Part shown: one piece after another, positions 198,430-211,639 of the stretch
Layout of the letters: each line of letters starts with the position of its first letter
Numbering within the stretch: the stretch's first letter is position 1
From: Wallemia ichthyophaga EXF-994
Taxonomy: Eukaryota > Fungi > Basidiomycota
NCBI RefSeq assembly: GCF_000400465.1
Contig: NW_008806283.1
Span: forward strand, 20,001 to 268,000
Reading direction: 5' to 3'
DNA length: 248,000 bases
Notes under the pieces: model-generated
What the model was told of the DNA's origin: nothing
Databases searched by the model: none
Seen by the model: the letters and a program-made list of their open reading frames with translations, nothing else
Position numbers and translations under genes: made by a program

Positions 198430-200127
198430 CATGGAAAATGAAAATAAGAAAACGAATTATATTTCAACATACAATCGAGATAGGAATGTGATAGATTTCA
198501 ACGATAAGGATTACGAGGGCAACCAACTCAACGACGATGAACTCGCTGTTAATTTAGAAGCAGAGGAGAAAGTAACGCCGTTCGTAGTATTTCTTACTGT
198601 TAGTGGTGGCTGGGCTGCTAGACGCATCTCATTCCCCCACAGTGCGCTGCTGCCGTTAGTGGCCTTTTATTTGGTCTCGATACGGGGATTATATCGGGTG
198701 CTTTGGTTGAAATGGATGATGCGTTCGATAAGCCTTTAACAGATACTTACAAGGAGCTCATTACATCTGCCACTACTCTCGGGGCCCTCATTTCCTCACT
198801 ATGCGCGGGTATAGCTGCAGATATCATCGGCAGAAGACTCGCTCTCACCGGCGCAGACATCTTCTTCACCGTCGGCGCCATCGTACAAGCTTGTGCTAAG
198901 GATGTGTGGACCATGATCGTAGGCAGATTCATTCTCGGTCTCGGCGTCGGCTGGGCCTCATGTGTTGCGCCGCTCTATATAGGCGAGCTCTCTCCGACTA
199001 GGCTGCGAGGAAGACTTGTCACTGTAAACGGTGCATTCCTCACATTCGGTCAGGTGATAGCATATGCTATCGGTGCAGCCTTTGCCAATGTTGACGACGG
199101 GTGGCGGTACATGGTTGGTCTGTGTGCCGTTCCCTCTGGACTCCAACTCATTGCATTGCATTGGCTACCAGAGTCCCCCCGCTTTCTTCTCTCACGCGGT
199201 AAGGATGAGGGTGCGCGCAAGGTGCTCGCCCGTATATACCCATACATCAACCAAGAGGACATGACGGCCAAGCTGCATGTCCTCCAACAGGGGGTAAAAG
199301 AGTCGCTCGAAATCTCCAACCGCATTCCACTGCATAAGCGAATAGTAAAAATGTTCACCGAACCTGTCGTGCTTAAAGTCACCGTTATCGCAGCAGGTCT
199401 GCAAGCTTTTCAGCAGCTGTCAGGTTTCAACACATTGATGTACTACTCCTCGACTCTCTTTGCGCAGATCGGTTTCGACCAGCCCACCGCAACGGGGCTG
199501 ATTGTCAGCGGGACCAATTTCCTCGGTACGCTTTTCGCACTCAAGTATATTGACGTGATTGGTCGGCGTCGAATAATGCTTATTAGCGCACCTATGCTAG
199601 TCGTCTCGCTAACTTTCGCCAGTATCTGCTTCCATTTCCTGACGCAAGAGACAGGTGGGCATTTCGTAGACGGACACGACTATCCGAGGGTATGGTCTGC
199701 GCTGGTGCTGGTCGCGATTGTGCTCTATGTCCTTTTCTACGCCGTTGGACTGGGTAACGTACCATGGCAGCAGGGCGAGCTGTTCACGCTCGAGTACCGC
199801 GGTATCGGTACATCTCTCGCTACTGCTGCGAACTGGTCGTGCAATTTACTCATATCGCTCACTTATCTCTCGCTCATCAACACTATAACCGCCGCAGGCG
199901 CTTTCGGGTTCTACGCTGGCCTCTGCTTTTTAGGAACCCTCTTCGTCATCTTCTGTTACCCAGATCTCACCAAATTGTCCCTCGAGGAAGTGCAGGATGT
200001 CTTTGCGGGTAAAGGGTTCAAGGATGCCCGGAGAAGAGCGGAGGTTATGCGCAAGTCTAAATCTGAAGTACTTTATAGACTTCATGAGAAGGACGGTGCG
200101 CTGACGCCTGATTCACCGGATGAGTAG
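198430..200127 (+). CDS. myo-inositol/sugar porter (MFS)
   Basis: APLYIGELSP, FQQLSGFNTLMYY, VPWQQGELF. Confidence 0.85.
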
Positions 200128-200328
200128 GAGAAATGCACACACAAAGGGATATAGACACACGGATACATACACAATCACATATATATAAGGATATAGACAT
200201 ATATATAAAGCAGCGGATATGCACCTTGTACCAGTATTGATATAAGTTAATATATTTTGCAACATCGGTGATCAGTGCGTCGCGTTTCATTACAGCGTAC
200301 AACCAACAAAGAAGCCGATCCGAAATGA

Positions 200329-202223
200329 AAAGCCTGAGGAGGTCACTCAATAAGGATAAGACAAATAGCGGTAGTACAAGTAATAGCACTAGCCATAGCC
200401 AGCAACAGATATCACCAAAAATAGCAGTGCTGCAACCACCTCAACTTGTCATAAAGGCAATTGGTTCGTATAGGGCGGAGAAAGCCGGGGAACTGAGTTT
200501 CGATGCTGGAGTATTCTACCACGTTCCAAGTCTAGAAATTGGCGGCGATGAGTTTTATGAAGCACACGACCCACTTAAGGGTACAAGAGGTCTTGTGCCA
200601 CGCTACCTGTTTGAGCCACTTAAAAGAGGAGGCGTAAGTGTGGACAATAGACAGTCATACGAGCATCACAATCAGCCCAATTCACACTCACACTCACACC
200701 CCAATTCACACTCTTCAAAGCCCTCCACTCAATACGCCGTCGTCCAGTTCGATTTTCTCGCAGAGAGACCAGACGAACTGAGCGCAAAAGCAGGCGAACC
200801 AATCATCGTCATTGCCCAATCAAACCATGAGTGGTTCGTCGCTAAACCCATCATGCGTCTCGGAGGTCCCGGTCTTATCCCCGTGGCATTTGTCGAGATT
200901 AGAGACCAGAAGAGTAATCAACCACTAGATACACACGCAATCGTGAGATCTGCTGTTATCCCCAAAGTTGAAGACTGGAAGCGACAAGCCGCTGATTACA
201001 AGAAAGCTTCGATTCCGCTTGGAAGATTTGAATTTAACAAGATGGACAACAGACACAAAGATGAAAAAGACAACGACAAGGAAAATTCTTTCCCGGAGAA
201101 TTCCACCCCTCACGGTGTCTCACACGGCAGCAACAACATACCAAGTACTCATCCAAGTACCAATTTTATATCACCCACTGAAAACGCTCAAATAGCATCT
201201 ACATCTCAACTGCCATCTGCAACCACGCCACCTGCAACTACACCATCCATCACTAGCATATTGCAATCATCCGTTGTCTCCCACTATCACGAGAATGAAG
201301 TGACGTGGTTCCAGTTCAATATTGTTTTCGTAGAAGCTGATACAACCGACGCGACTTTCATACCAACTAATCACACGCGCTCAATGATTCTATTCAGACT
201401 ATACGAAGATTTCTACGATTTCCAGATAAGATTGCTTGATACTTTCCCTGTTGAAGCTGGAAGGAGAGTGTCAGCAGATGGACAGGGGAAGACGCGTATA
201501 TTGCCTTACTTACCTGGACCTATAGAAGCGCATGATCTCAATGAGGTGTCTATAGTGAGAAGACGACTAGAGCTCAATCAATATGTGCACGAATTGTCTT
201601 CTCTCCCACAGCATATTATTAGCTGCGAGCTTTTTAGGGATTTCTTAGATGTCAGACCAGGCGATAGGGAGGTGAGCCACAGAAGTGAGCAGGGTGAAAT
201701 GGGTGAGATTGGCGAGGTTGGTGAATACGCCGAGCATGCTGAGGAGCATACTGAGCACAATTTGCATAATGCCCAACCCAAACACTCATCCGCATCAAGT
201801 TTATCAATTAACGGCGGTTTGGTTGAGAGTATGCACCATTTAGCTGTGGCGCAAGAAGAACAAAAAGACGAAGAGGAGCAAGAGAAACATCAAGACATAC
201901 CAGTATCGGCATCTGTCGACAGCTCACTAAGCGCACTACCTAAACTCGCATCCGAGTCAACACTTTCAACAATGTCAACCAGCGCGATGAAAGTGAAAGT
202001 ACTACACCAACCCACAGGTGACTTGATAGCATTGCGGATATCACCTACCGATCTCAAGTTGGATAGCCTTTTGGACAAGATAAGGGAGCGTTTCGGAGTT
202101 GATGTTAACCGGATATGGTCGAATGATGACAGCAGCAGCTTTGACAGGAAGGAGATTAGCACGGATGAGGAGCTGCACGAATGGTTGAACAATGCGTCTA
202201 AATTGAGTTTAATTGTTAGTTGA
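200329..202223 (+). CDS. BEM1: Bem1/Scd2 scaffold (SH3-SH3-PX-PB1)
   Basis: RGLVPRY, WFVAKPIMRLGGPGLIP, LFRLYEDFYDFQI, PB1 end. Confidence 0.88.
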
Positions 202224-202267
202224 ATTTCATTCCAACTTGGCTATCTACCTTCTTTTTTAAAACGGTC

Positions 202268-203274
202268 ATGGATTTCTCAGCCGAGACATATTTTAGCACA
202301 CAGCCAGAACCAGCAAACCACGCCGAGAAGTTAGCTTCTGTGACTGCGTTTATAGACAGACAAATTTCACGTAACCGTCGAGTAGCTCTTGTAACTGTAA
202401 GTGAAGATTGACATCATATCGGATAAGACATCTGAGGGTGTTAATATAGTCTGGTGGCACTACAGTACCGCTTGAGAAGAATACTGTGCGTTTTCTCGAC
202501 AATTTTAGCGCTGGTACGCGTGGAGCGACTTCAGCGGAATACCTCCTTAACGATCCACGCTATGCAGTTATATTTATGCATCGCCAGCATTCTCTCCAGC
202601 CATACACTAAGCATTTCAGTCACACCACCAACCCTTTCCTCGATCTACTCAATCTACCGGAATCCCCCGATGATGAAATCACAGTGAACAGAAACAAGAC
202701 ACCTGAAATGTTCAACATACTCCGCAATCACCATCAAGTCGTCTGCGAAGATAGATTATTTAGTCTCCCATTCGTCACTATCGCCGATTACCTTTTCTTG
202801 TTGCGGGATGTGAGTATGGCTATGAAATCTTGTTCAAAGAGCGCCCTCTATTACCTCGCTGCTGCAGTCAGTGATTTCTTTATACCAACGCAGAAAATCT
202901 ACGAGCATAAAATTCAGTCACAAAAGGGTAGCTTGCAGATAGAGATGGATCAAACACCCAAAATACTCGGTTCTCTCGTTAAGGATTGGACTCCGGAGGG
203001 TTTCATTGTCAGCTTTAAATTGGAAACTGAACATTCACTCTTAATACCTAAAGCTATTGGTGCTCTCGAAAAGTATGAGCATCATCTCGTTATCGCTAAT
203101 GAACTTAAGAATAGAAAATACAAAGTAGCTCTGGTTGAAAGGAAGCTGGATGGTCAATTCAGTGAGGACTTTGTCGAGATTGGTGAAAATACCCACGATA
203201 AGGAAATTGAAGAGGAGATAATCAAGCAGGTTATCAGTAGACACGATATTCATCTCACTCAGCAGCGACTTTGA
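202268..203274 (+). CDS. CAB2: Phosphopantothenate-cysteine ligase
   Basis: [29 protein letters not shown]. Confidence 0.88.
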
Positions 203275-203567
203275 GGCTTTAACATTTCATTTCAACGCGA
203301 TTCTATCGTGAAACAAGCCCAATTCCATTAGACAAAACATTTCGGAACATAACACTCTTTCTATACATTCACCCTTTCTGTGTACAGTTTGTACATACTA
203401 TATCACTCTTCATGATACAAATATCTATCTAATTATACAAATATCCTTGCTAGTAAAATTACTGTGAATGGCCGTCGTCAGTCTCAAGTGGCGGTGCACT
203501 TGCTTCAATCGTTCGAGTGTTGTGTGAAGGAGGCGGTGCAGACGGCGCAGGTGGTATAATATGATCG

Positions 203568-204932
203568 TTATTCGACTCCTGCAGATTTTATTAGTAAAGC
203601 TTTACCACATCGAAACCAACTCACATCAGAATAAGGTAGATCAAATGGACTGAACGTCGGTTCAAATGCGGTAGGAGGAAGTGGTAAACTAGGCATTAAA
203701 TCTTTCTTCTTGGTATCGGAATTATCATGATCGGGCTGCTTCCAAAACCCTTCTTCCACAGTCTCATAGCCATCACCGTCAACATTAGCCACTGGAACTG
203801 ATGCATCATGCCGCCGTTGCTCGTCATCTCCAAATGGCGATGAAGAAGCCATATGTAGATTCCGCAAATGATCTTTATCATCAATTGCAATATGAGCAGT
203901 GAGATGATGAGCACTGTTGTCATTCTCACTATCACTATCACTCGTCGCTGGTTCTGGCGTTTCTTCCAGCTCCTCGAGATCGTTATTGCCTCGACTGTTA
204001 ATATAGCGTGACTTTTCCGTTTGGCGTGTCGTACTCGGTGCTCGTCTTGATGTTGTCGGTCTTTGCGAGTTAGGTCTGTATGCCGGAGGTAGAGCTGGTA
204101 GTGCGCCTGAGTCTGTGTCGCGGTCTAATGGGAATGGAGGTGGCGATTCATGATGCTCGTGGTGCTCGTGGTGCTCATTTTCATTATCGTCATTGCGTTG
204201 ACGTGGCTGAATTTGAGTCAAAGTCTCTTGGTTGACTTGCTCAGCTTGCTCAACTCCCCCAAGTCCCCGACTGTTGTCATCATCACCCTCGCTAGCTCGA
204301 TTCCTCCCTGTGTCGTGACTGAGTAACTCGCCTCTCTCCTCCTCGTTATCGTTATCGTTGTTGTTGTTGATTGATGGGCTGATTATGGAACGGAGAGAAG
204401 GCACATGATGTATTTTCCTGCCTTTCCTATGTTTAAGGTATTTGAGCGGGTTCCTCCGCTTCCTGACAAACGAGGTGGTACTTTTAGGCTCATCCTGATC
204501 GCCATCAAAACCACTCTCGCTCTTTTTAAGCTTAGTTCGGGATTTGGATTTCCGCCGCCGCCTCCACACGATAGTCCCGAACATTGTGAAGACTATCACG
204601 GAAGCGAGTACGACACTAATACCAATAATAAGTGGCTCACTGTTCTTGTGGTAGGATGCGTTGGCATGATTAGTCCCCCACCCTCGAGGCATGGATGGGT
204701 TATTGGTATCGAATGGATCCATACTACTTCGCTTGTCGTAGACATTGACGCCCCAGAATTTGAACTCATTGACTTTTTCACTGTTCTTTGTCAGCTTTAG
204801 CGGCAAATTGACTTGCTCAAGCTCAACGCTGTAGCTCTGATTGAGTTCTGCTTGTGTATTACCGTAAGCCAAGCCATATGTGACTAATACACATAGTAAA
204901 TTAATAAAGAGGCATACTCGCACACCCTTCAT
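203568..204932 (-). CDS. Single-pass membrane protein with signal peptide
   Basis: N-terminal hydrophobic segment; TM followed by WRRRRK; acidic tail. Confidence 0.55.
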   Translation of the reverse strand: MKGVRVCLFINLLCVLVTYGLAYGNTQAELNQSYSVELEQVNLPLKLTKNSEKVNEFKFWGVNVYDKRSSMDPFDTNNPSMPRGWGTNHANASYHKNSEPLIIGISVVLASVIVFTMFGTIVWRRRRKSKSRTKLKKSESGFDGDQDEPKSTTSFVRKRRNPLKYLKHRKGRKIHHVPSLRSIISPSINNNNDNDNEEERGELLSHDTGRNRASEGDDDNSRGLGGVEQAEQVNQETLTQIQPRQRNDDNENEHHEHHEHHESPPPFPLDRDTDSGALPALPPAYRPNSQRPTTSRRAPSTTRQTEKSRYINSRGNNDLEELEETPEPATSDSDSENDNSAHHLTAHIAIDDKDHLRNLHMASSSPFGDDEQRRHDASVPVANVDGDGYETVEEGFWKQPDHDNSDTKKKDLMPSLPLPPTAFEPTFSPFDLPYSDVSWFRCGKALLIKSAGVE

Positions 204933-205049
204933 GAAATCTCACACGGATTTCCTCAATTTCTGGTTTATGGGGGATCACAGTCGGAAACCACGATAAGATA
205001 TGGTGGGAAAATTGGTTTATTTTTTCATAGCTTTGTCAATTTAGGCACA

Positions 205050-205869
205050 AATCAAATCAAATTAAATCAGTCGTCGTCAGATTATGCTACAGATTCCCTC
205101 ATTATCTTGATTTTCTTGGTAAATTTCTCAACATTTAATTCTGGCTGTAGTGCTGTGAGTAAAGTGGAAGTGGCAGCGAACCACTTACGCTTGGTGTAGT
205201 GGACTTTACAGAAGGCAAATCAAGCAAGTCTGTAACGTATCTGTTGAACTTTTGATACTTCTCCGTCTTGAGTGTCTCAAGCACGCTCCTTGCGCCTGCG
205301 ATATCGCAAACATCTTCTTTTGCGTTCTCAGCAAAGTCCTTGAATCTGACAAAGAATGGTGCAAATGCTAAATCACCAATTGTTGGCTTGTTGTCTCCCA
205401 ATAAGAAACCGGTTTCTGGAAGGTGAGCTTGGAGTGCGTCAATAGCTTGCAAGATATTCGTTGAACTTTCGCCGCGGAACAACCAAGCAAAGTATTGAGA
205501 GTTGAAGTAGCCGCCTGCTTCGATGAACAGACGTACTTTGGCCCGGTTGACAGCATTCACCAAGCCATGAGGAAGGAGGTGTGCATCTGGATAGAGATCA
205601 GCAACCAATTCCAACAAAACTAAGCTCTCATTGATCGACACTCCGTTCTCTGGAATCTTAGAAATGTCTTTCTGGTGATTGTCTTTGTCTATAACAAGCG
205701 CTGGAACTTTGGAAGCTGGGTTGATTTGAGGATACCATTCTGGCTTCTTCTCTAAATCAATTTCCACCTTCTCGAACTTGGCACCGGCTTGCAGCAGCGC
205801 AGCCTCTACACGATGCGCAAAGGGGCAAATGTGTGCTGTGTATAAAACTAAGCGTGAAGTCAAAGTCAT
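205050..205869 (-). CDS. Glutathione S-transferase (omega-like)
   Basis: ICPFAHRV, INPASKVPAL, NESLVLLE. Confidence 0.85.
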
Positions 205870-206289
205870 GATTGTTGATGGTAGAGGGAGAAAGTAATTA
205901 AACTGGATTTGTAATAGATTTATTAGTCATCAGCTTGCGCATGATTGCATTTGAAAGTAAATATCTGGGATAATTTTGACAATTTACACAATTCGCTCTA
206001 TTCACAGCTCTGTTATCGAAACTTGTGGCAAAGATGGAGCTGTCCATCGATGATGTCATTAGCACGGCCACGATGGTTTAATAATCTAGCTTTAGGGATT
206101 CCAGTAGGGTTTGTAATCAAGCTCACGCTCTTTGGAAGTATTAAGGTATTTGTAATCTTCGCGCGAGCGTTGTCACTTTAAGCCAAGTAAAATTGTTTCG
206201 GGATCGTAATTTGGTACAAAATAGTTTAATCGCCTTCACACTCCTATTTTTTGGAATCTCGGAATGCACTTGGTCGATCCAAACCATCG

Positions 206290-206890
206290 ATTTCAGAATT
206301 AAGCTGACCCCTACTTTCCTTTGCATGAATTGCTTTTATACCCGTGCGATGGTCCAGAGTGATAAATTTTTTTCGCTGTAGCCACCATCGTGTCCTGTGG
206401 ACGCTATTTGTCGGAGAATGTAAATCACGTCTAGAAGGGCCAGCATTTTTGAGTTCTTGACTACTGCGGTTTTCATCAGCTTAAATTGTTTGTTTCTATC
206501 GATGAAGTTCCTGAAATCTCCATACCTAATCTGCAGGGTGCTCTAGAGCGATGTCGGACCGCAAATCCTGGACGGCCTACAGTGCGCGATTAGAGGCTTA
206601 GAGATATGCTTCTGGTGACGCCTCATAGAAACCATTCAGAGCTACATGCCAAGATCCTTTATTTGGAGATCATCAAAACTCGTAAATCAGCCATTTGAGA
206701 TCAGTGGTGGTCAAAAAACTAACTCAGTGGATATTGAACGGAGGGATTATGTGTGGATGTATTTAAAATGCTGGATATGCTAAGAAAATGTTGGAAATGG
206801 TATCTTCTTCAATTGGTCAGTATATCGTATCTCTGCGTTCGGTTTCTCACTTACTTGGCCATTTGTTGCGTGAGTTGAATCAACTCAACT
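206290..206890 (-). repeat. Copy of dispersed decayed-gene family
   Basis: GAGATCATCAAAACTCGTAAA and AACTCAGTGGATATTGA blocks match the 187 kb copy. Confidence 0.65.
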
Positions 206891-207299
206891 CAGTGGAATA
206901 ACCAGTATCTATGAGAGGCATTTATTGAATAACTGAAATTCACATGCAAACACCACACTTCCATGTGGTTTCGCTCTTAGGTCATTAGTGATATATCATC
207001 GGGTCGCAATGAAGCCATTGACAGACGTGAGATAAAACCTAGTAGGTAGAGCTGCGCATTGTGCTCTACTTGGTTGATGTTGATTGGATTGCGTCGATAT
207101 AGATAAGACAACTTTAGTGATGTTTGGCGGCGATTACAGGCATCGAGTAGTCTTTTGGTATACAAGTCTTGTCAATATAGCGACAGTAGCTGCACCCCCA
207201 AACATTAAACCCTGCTTGCAATTTACTTAGATACTTAAAGCAAGAAATGGAATCGTAAGACAGATAATTACAAAATAAATTAATCACTCTCATCTTCGG

Positions 207300-208520
207300 A
207301 CTCAGCCTCGTCGAGCCACTAGAGTTTTTTGTTAGCTATGTGTGAACAAGGTAATGTCTGATACTCACCTTCAAAAATGGCTTGGCAGAAACTCTGACTT
207401 TCTTTGAGACATCTTTATCGACATACTTTTTAGAAACATGCGTACCCCAGTGCTGAATGACTTCCTCTTCCAGGAGATCAGCTTGATAGATCTTCATGAG
207501 CAGTTTAGGAAGCTGAGGAAGAAGTTCCGGGTAGTTGAGACCAACGAGTCTCTCAAGACCGCCGAGAATACTCTTTTGATGCTTTTCAGAACCATCCTTG
207601 CACATTTGTTCCAAGACTGGAATAATACCATCAAGCTCCTTGAAAGCGTTTTGGGTGAGAGCAGATTGGATGACAACTTGGACAGTTTTATGCTTTTGTT
207701 CTATATTCAGATCTCTGGACTTGTTGAGGATATCAACAGGATTGATGGTTTGATCTTCGGCGTGCTTCTCCTCAATCCACAAAGCCAACTGAGATTCAGG
207801 GGCATCGTTACCGTCTTCATCAGAGTTAGCGCCGTCTTGTCCGAGGATGGTAGTGACACCTTCAGATAACTGATTAACTCTAGCTTGGACAGCTGCCTCT
207901 GAGGTGTCGACACTCCATTCATTGTCAGCTTTCTTATCAGCAATGGGGACAGCCTTAGCTTCAGCGTTAATTCTAGCAGTGAGATCATCTTGAGTTTGAG
208001 CGTCATTCTCCATTTGTTCGACTTCGTCAGTTGCCTTGTTTGCAGCTTCAGCATGAGCGCCTTGACCTTTCTTCTTCTTTGGAGGCGGATTCTTTTGAAT
208101 GTAAGTGGTAAGCTTATGTACCTTATCGACACCAGAGCGTTTACCGCAAGCTTTGCAATCCTTAATAATGTCATCATTCTTAGACATTTGTAATTCCGTT
208201 TCAGGGTTTTTGCAAGAACCACAGAGAACAAATTTAGCGATGAAGGAATCGAGGACTTCCCTAAGCCTGTCAACCTGATGACTACCATTAACGATATACC
208301 GATCATTCTTATCGTCCAAAGTAGTTTGAGCACCCAACTCGAAACCAAAGAACTTTGTTGGATAGTTTGGAGGTCTAGCCAAGGCTTTTGCGACGTCTGA
208401 CATATTTGGAATTACAGTCTTTATGCCATTTCCCTTGCCTTCAATTTTTGTAACCAACTGAGGCATTTTATACCTGTAAAATTTATCATCAACGTCCCTT
208501 CTAATATTTACTAGCGTCAT
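207300..208520 (-). CDS. TIF5: Translation initiation factor eIF5
   Basis: FYRYKMP, KFFGFELGAQ, FVLCGSCKNPET. Confidence 0.95.
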
Positions 208521-208628
208521 TGTATAGCATGTAAAGCGATTCTAATCGTTTAAACTTAATTTTCGTTGTTGGTGGTTGGCCTGGGAGAACAGTGATGGGA
208601 AATATCAATCAATCCATGCTAAAATCTT

Positions 208629-209064
208629 CTACAACAGAAACTTGGGCGTAAGTTTTATCATCTTCGTAGGCGTCATCGCGCTGCTTATTGGATTCCTTGT
208701 TATCCTTGTTATCTTCCTCCTCCTCTTGCGTTTTCCACTGAGACTCGTAATTTTCATAATTCGATTTAGCTTCAGTTTTGCGATGAGCCCTGAGCTGCGA
208801 GGATATTTGTTAGAGTCAAAACGCACACCCATCCCCACTAACCTCCTTGGTTTCCTGCTTCTTGGCCTCCTTATCCCTCGCCACCGCCTTTTCCCTCCTA
208901 TCATTTAGACGCTTCTGCTTCCTCTTTCTAAACCCAGTGAGATATTCCCTACGCTTGTCCTCATCGAATACGATCTCATCCACCTGCTTCGTCTTGTTCT
209001 GGCGCTTCCTCCCCAATGCCTCCTTATCAAAGCTCAAAATTGCGCTATTCGATGATTTACCCAT
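208629..209064 (-). CDS. RRP17: Rrp17/Nop25-like nucleolar protein
   Basis: IVFDEDKRREYLTGFRKRK. Confidence 0.75.
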
Positions 209065-209123
209065 GACCGCACAAAAGCAAATTGATAAGCTGCGAAAATG
209101 TTTTATTTATTAATGTACACATA

Positions 209124-211507
209124 TTACCTCTTAAACACTAAAGACTTGACAAATCCTACTGTCGTCAGATAAAACGACTCCCTGCTTTTCGTTGAATGAA
209201 ATCCTGTGTCACGGAAATGTGAATGTCCAGACGAATGTACCATTTCATCTGGATTTTCATCTGCTCCTTCTCCTGTCCCTTCTCCTGGCCCTTTTTCCAT
209301 CATGTTCACGCTCTCACTCGATTCCGTCTTGAGACTCTCATCAGGTGACTGAGAATCATAATTTCCCCTCTCTTTCGACATTGCCGTCGTCGATGCAAGT
209401 ATTACCTGATTGTCTCGACTATAAAAAGTCATCCACGATTCTTTCGCATCTGCTTTCTTCCTCAATATCATACTTCCCGATTTGTGCACATCCGTCGGCG
209501 ACTTCTGGACAGTACCCACCGCTGCGGCCTTCACATGCTCCGCTGTCGGTCCATATATTGCACTGTACCTGTCTCCTTCTTCAGAAATTGACGAATTGGA
209601 TGATGATATTGTTTTGCCGATATCGAGTTTCAGATCTCCGTTACTCCTACCATTCATATTCTCATCTTTCTTAGTCTCATGCTTGAATCTAAGTAGATTA
209701 TCGTTCACACCGTCAACTATCAATTCATGTCCCGGCGACTGACTATCTTTAGAACATCTATTCACTTGAAAATCCTTCCAATGCAGTCTGTGTCCGACTA
209801 CTATATACTGCCATGCCTCATTTTCCGTCGACTGCTGCACGTAGTGCTCTTCATTGACCCCTGGTGGTGCAATATAAGCGCAGCAGCTCTCTACGATGAA
209901 TGTGTTGACCGCCGAGCCGCTTCCAGTTACGTTAATTCTAGTCCAGTGGTTGTGCCGAAAATCAAACACATCTATCGCTGCCGTGTTATACGCCTATATC
210001 TGGTCGTTAAATTCAAGTCCTCTACACTAAACCACACCCACACAGTATTCATCGTATGTTTCATCATATTGCCACGCAGGTACTATAGTCACTCCTGCAA
210101 AGATGGCCAGTTTGTGACTGCCTACGAGTATCATCGTCGCTTCCAATCTCTCACGTGGTGATTGACCAGTAGTAGTAATGACATCTTCAATGGATCCTTC
210201 CGAAGATGTAGCTGTGTATCTGCGATTGAGGTTGCCGTCGTCAATATGCATATCTTCATCTATGCTCTGTTGAATGTTTCTTTTTGCTTTGAGCTTCAAG
210301 AGTCTCGCTCGCGAGTAAGCCTCTGGAGATTTGTAGTTGCTCCAGTAGAAATTATCCTCTATAGCATTGTACGTCAGTTTATGAAGATCGTCGAATATCA
210401 CATTGACAGGATCATCCACCTGTGCACCCCCGAAATAGAAAATATCATCACCTTTGACAGTCTGTGAATGTCCAAACCGCATGTCTGGAGCTATTCCCTT
210501 TATCTCTGGTTGAATCCACCTATCTTGCTTGATGTGATACACGAAAACATCATTGTCGCCAACAGTATTGTCACATATACCGCCAAACAAGACGATAAAA
210601 TCTCTAATACATGCCATTGAATGGCCTCTGCGTGCTGTTGGCCACGTGCTCTCTTCATAGCTCTCACTGCTATGTGACGTTCTCTTCCTCGGACGCTTAC
210701 TAAACCTGTTTAGATATCGATCTGGCTGCCTCGAGTTTCCAAGTTCTACTATTGACAAGTCTTTGATGTTTATCTTGTAAAGAATGTCAGAGAGTGAACC
210801 CGTCGATCTTTCATCAAGAGCCGCTGTGGCGTGGGTTGGGTGATCCGAGCTCAGCTTGGGGTGGAGTGTACCCCCGAAAATATAAATTTCGTCGTTGTAC
210901 GCGGTAACAGGAGCCATAAGCGGTTGCCACTGATAAGATTGGGTTGGGGAATAGTTTGGGTTATCAATTCTGAGGAAATATCTATCCCATAGTCTAGTCG
211001 TCAAGTTGAGGACGTATACGGAGGGATTAACTGATCTTTAAGGGATTAGCGAGGTCTTGGAGATTGCTGAAATCTCACAAATAAGGCAAATAGAGGAAAT
211101 TACGTATTTGAACGGCAGTCTAAATATGTCATCAGTGTAATGATATGCACTAGAGGAATAAACGCACATGGTGACCAAATGCAGGTGGAAATACCTCCGG
211201 CAGATGCTCTTCAGCCTGGTTATTCAAGTCATCGTCGCCGTTTGAATTTATCGTCGGTTGTAATTGAGAAGAAGGTGGGAAGTCTGGAGCGCGTTGTACA
211301 TCGAATTGATCCCAGTGTGCGCCTGTAAAGCATAAGTGAGTGCAAATTATTCAAATCTCAACCAAATCCCTCACCGACGAAGCTCAGATGCCGCTTGACC
211401 AAATTGTGGAATGATCTGCACGATATGGACAATCTCATCAAATCGATCGATCTGAGGTTACTGAGTATTTCGTAGTACACGTTGTCATTCAATTTAAGCA
211501 TCTGCGC
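209124..211507 (-). CDS. F-box/kelch-repeat protein, multi-exon
   Basis: F-box YYEILSNL...SISCRSF; kelch PTARRGHS, RFGHS. Confidence 0.65.
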
Positions 211508-211639
211508 CATTTTTGAATGGTATTTAATCTTTTTCCTTTTTTTCAAATAATCCAGAATAGTGGATTTCAAAGATAAGAATTTGCGAGGAGACAAAGAAAA
211601 GGAGAGAAAAATTACATGAAAAGTATTCACAATGGCATT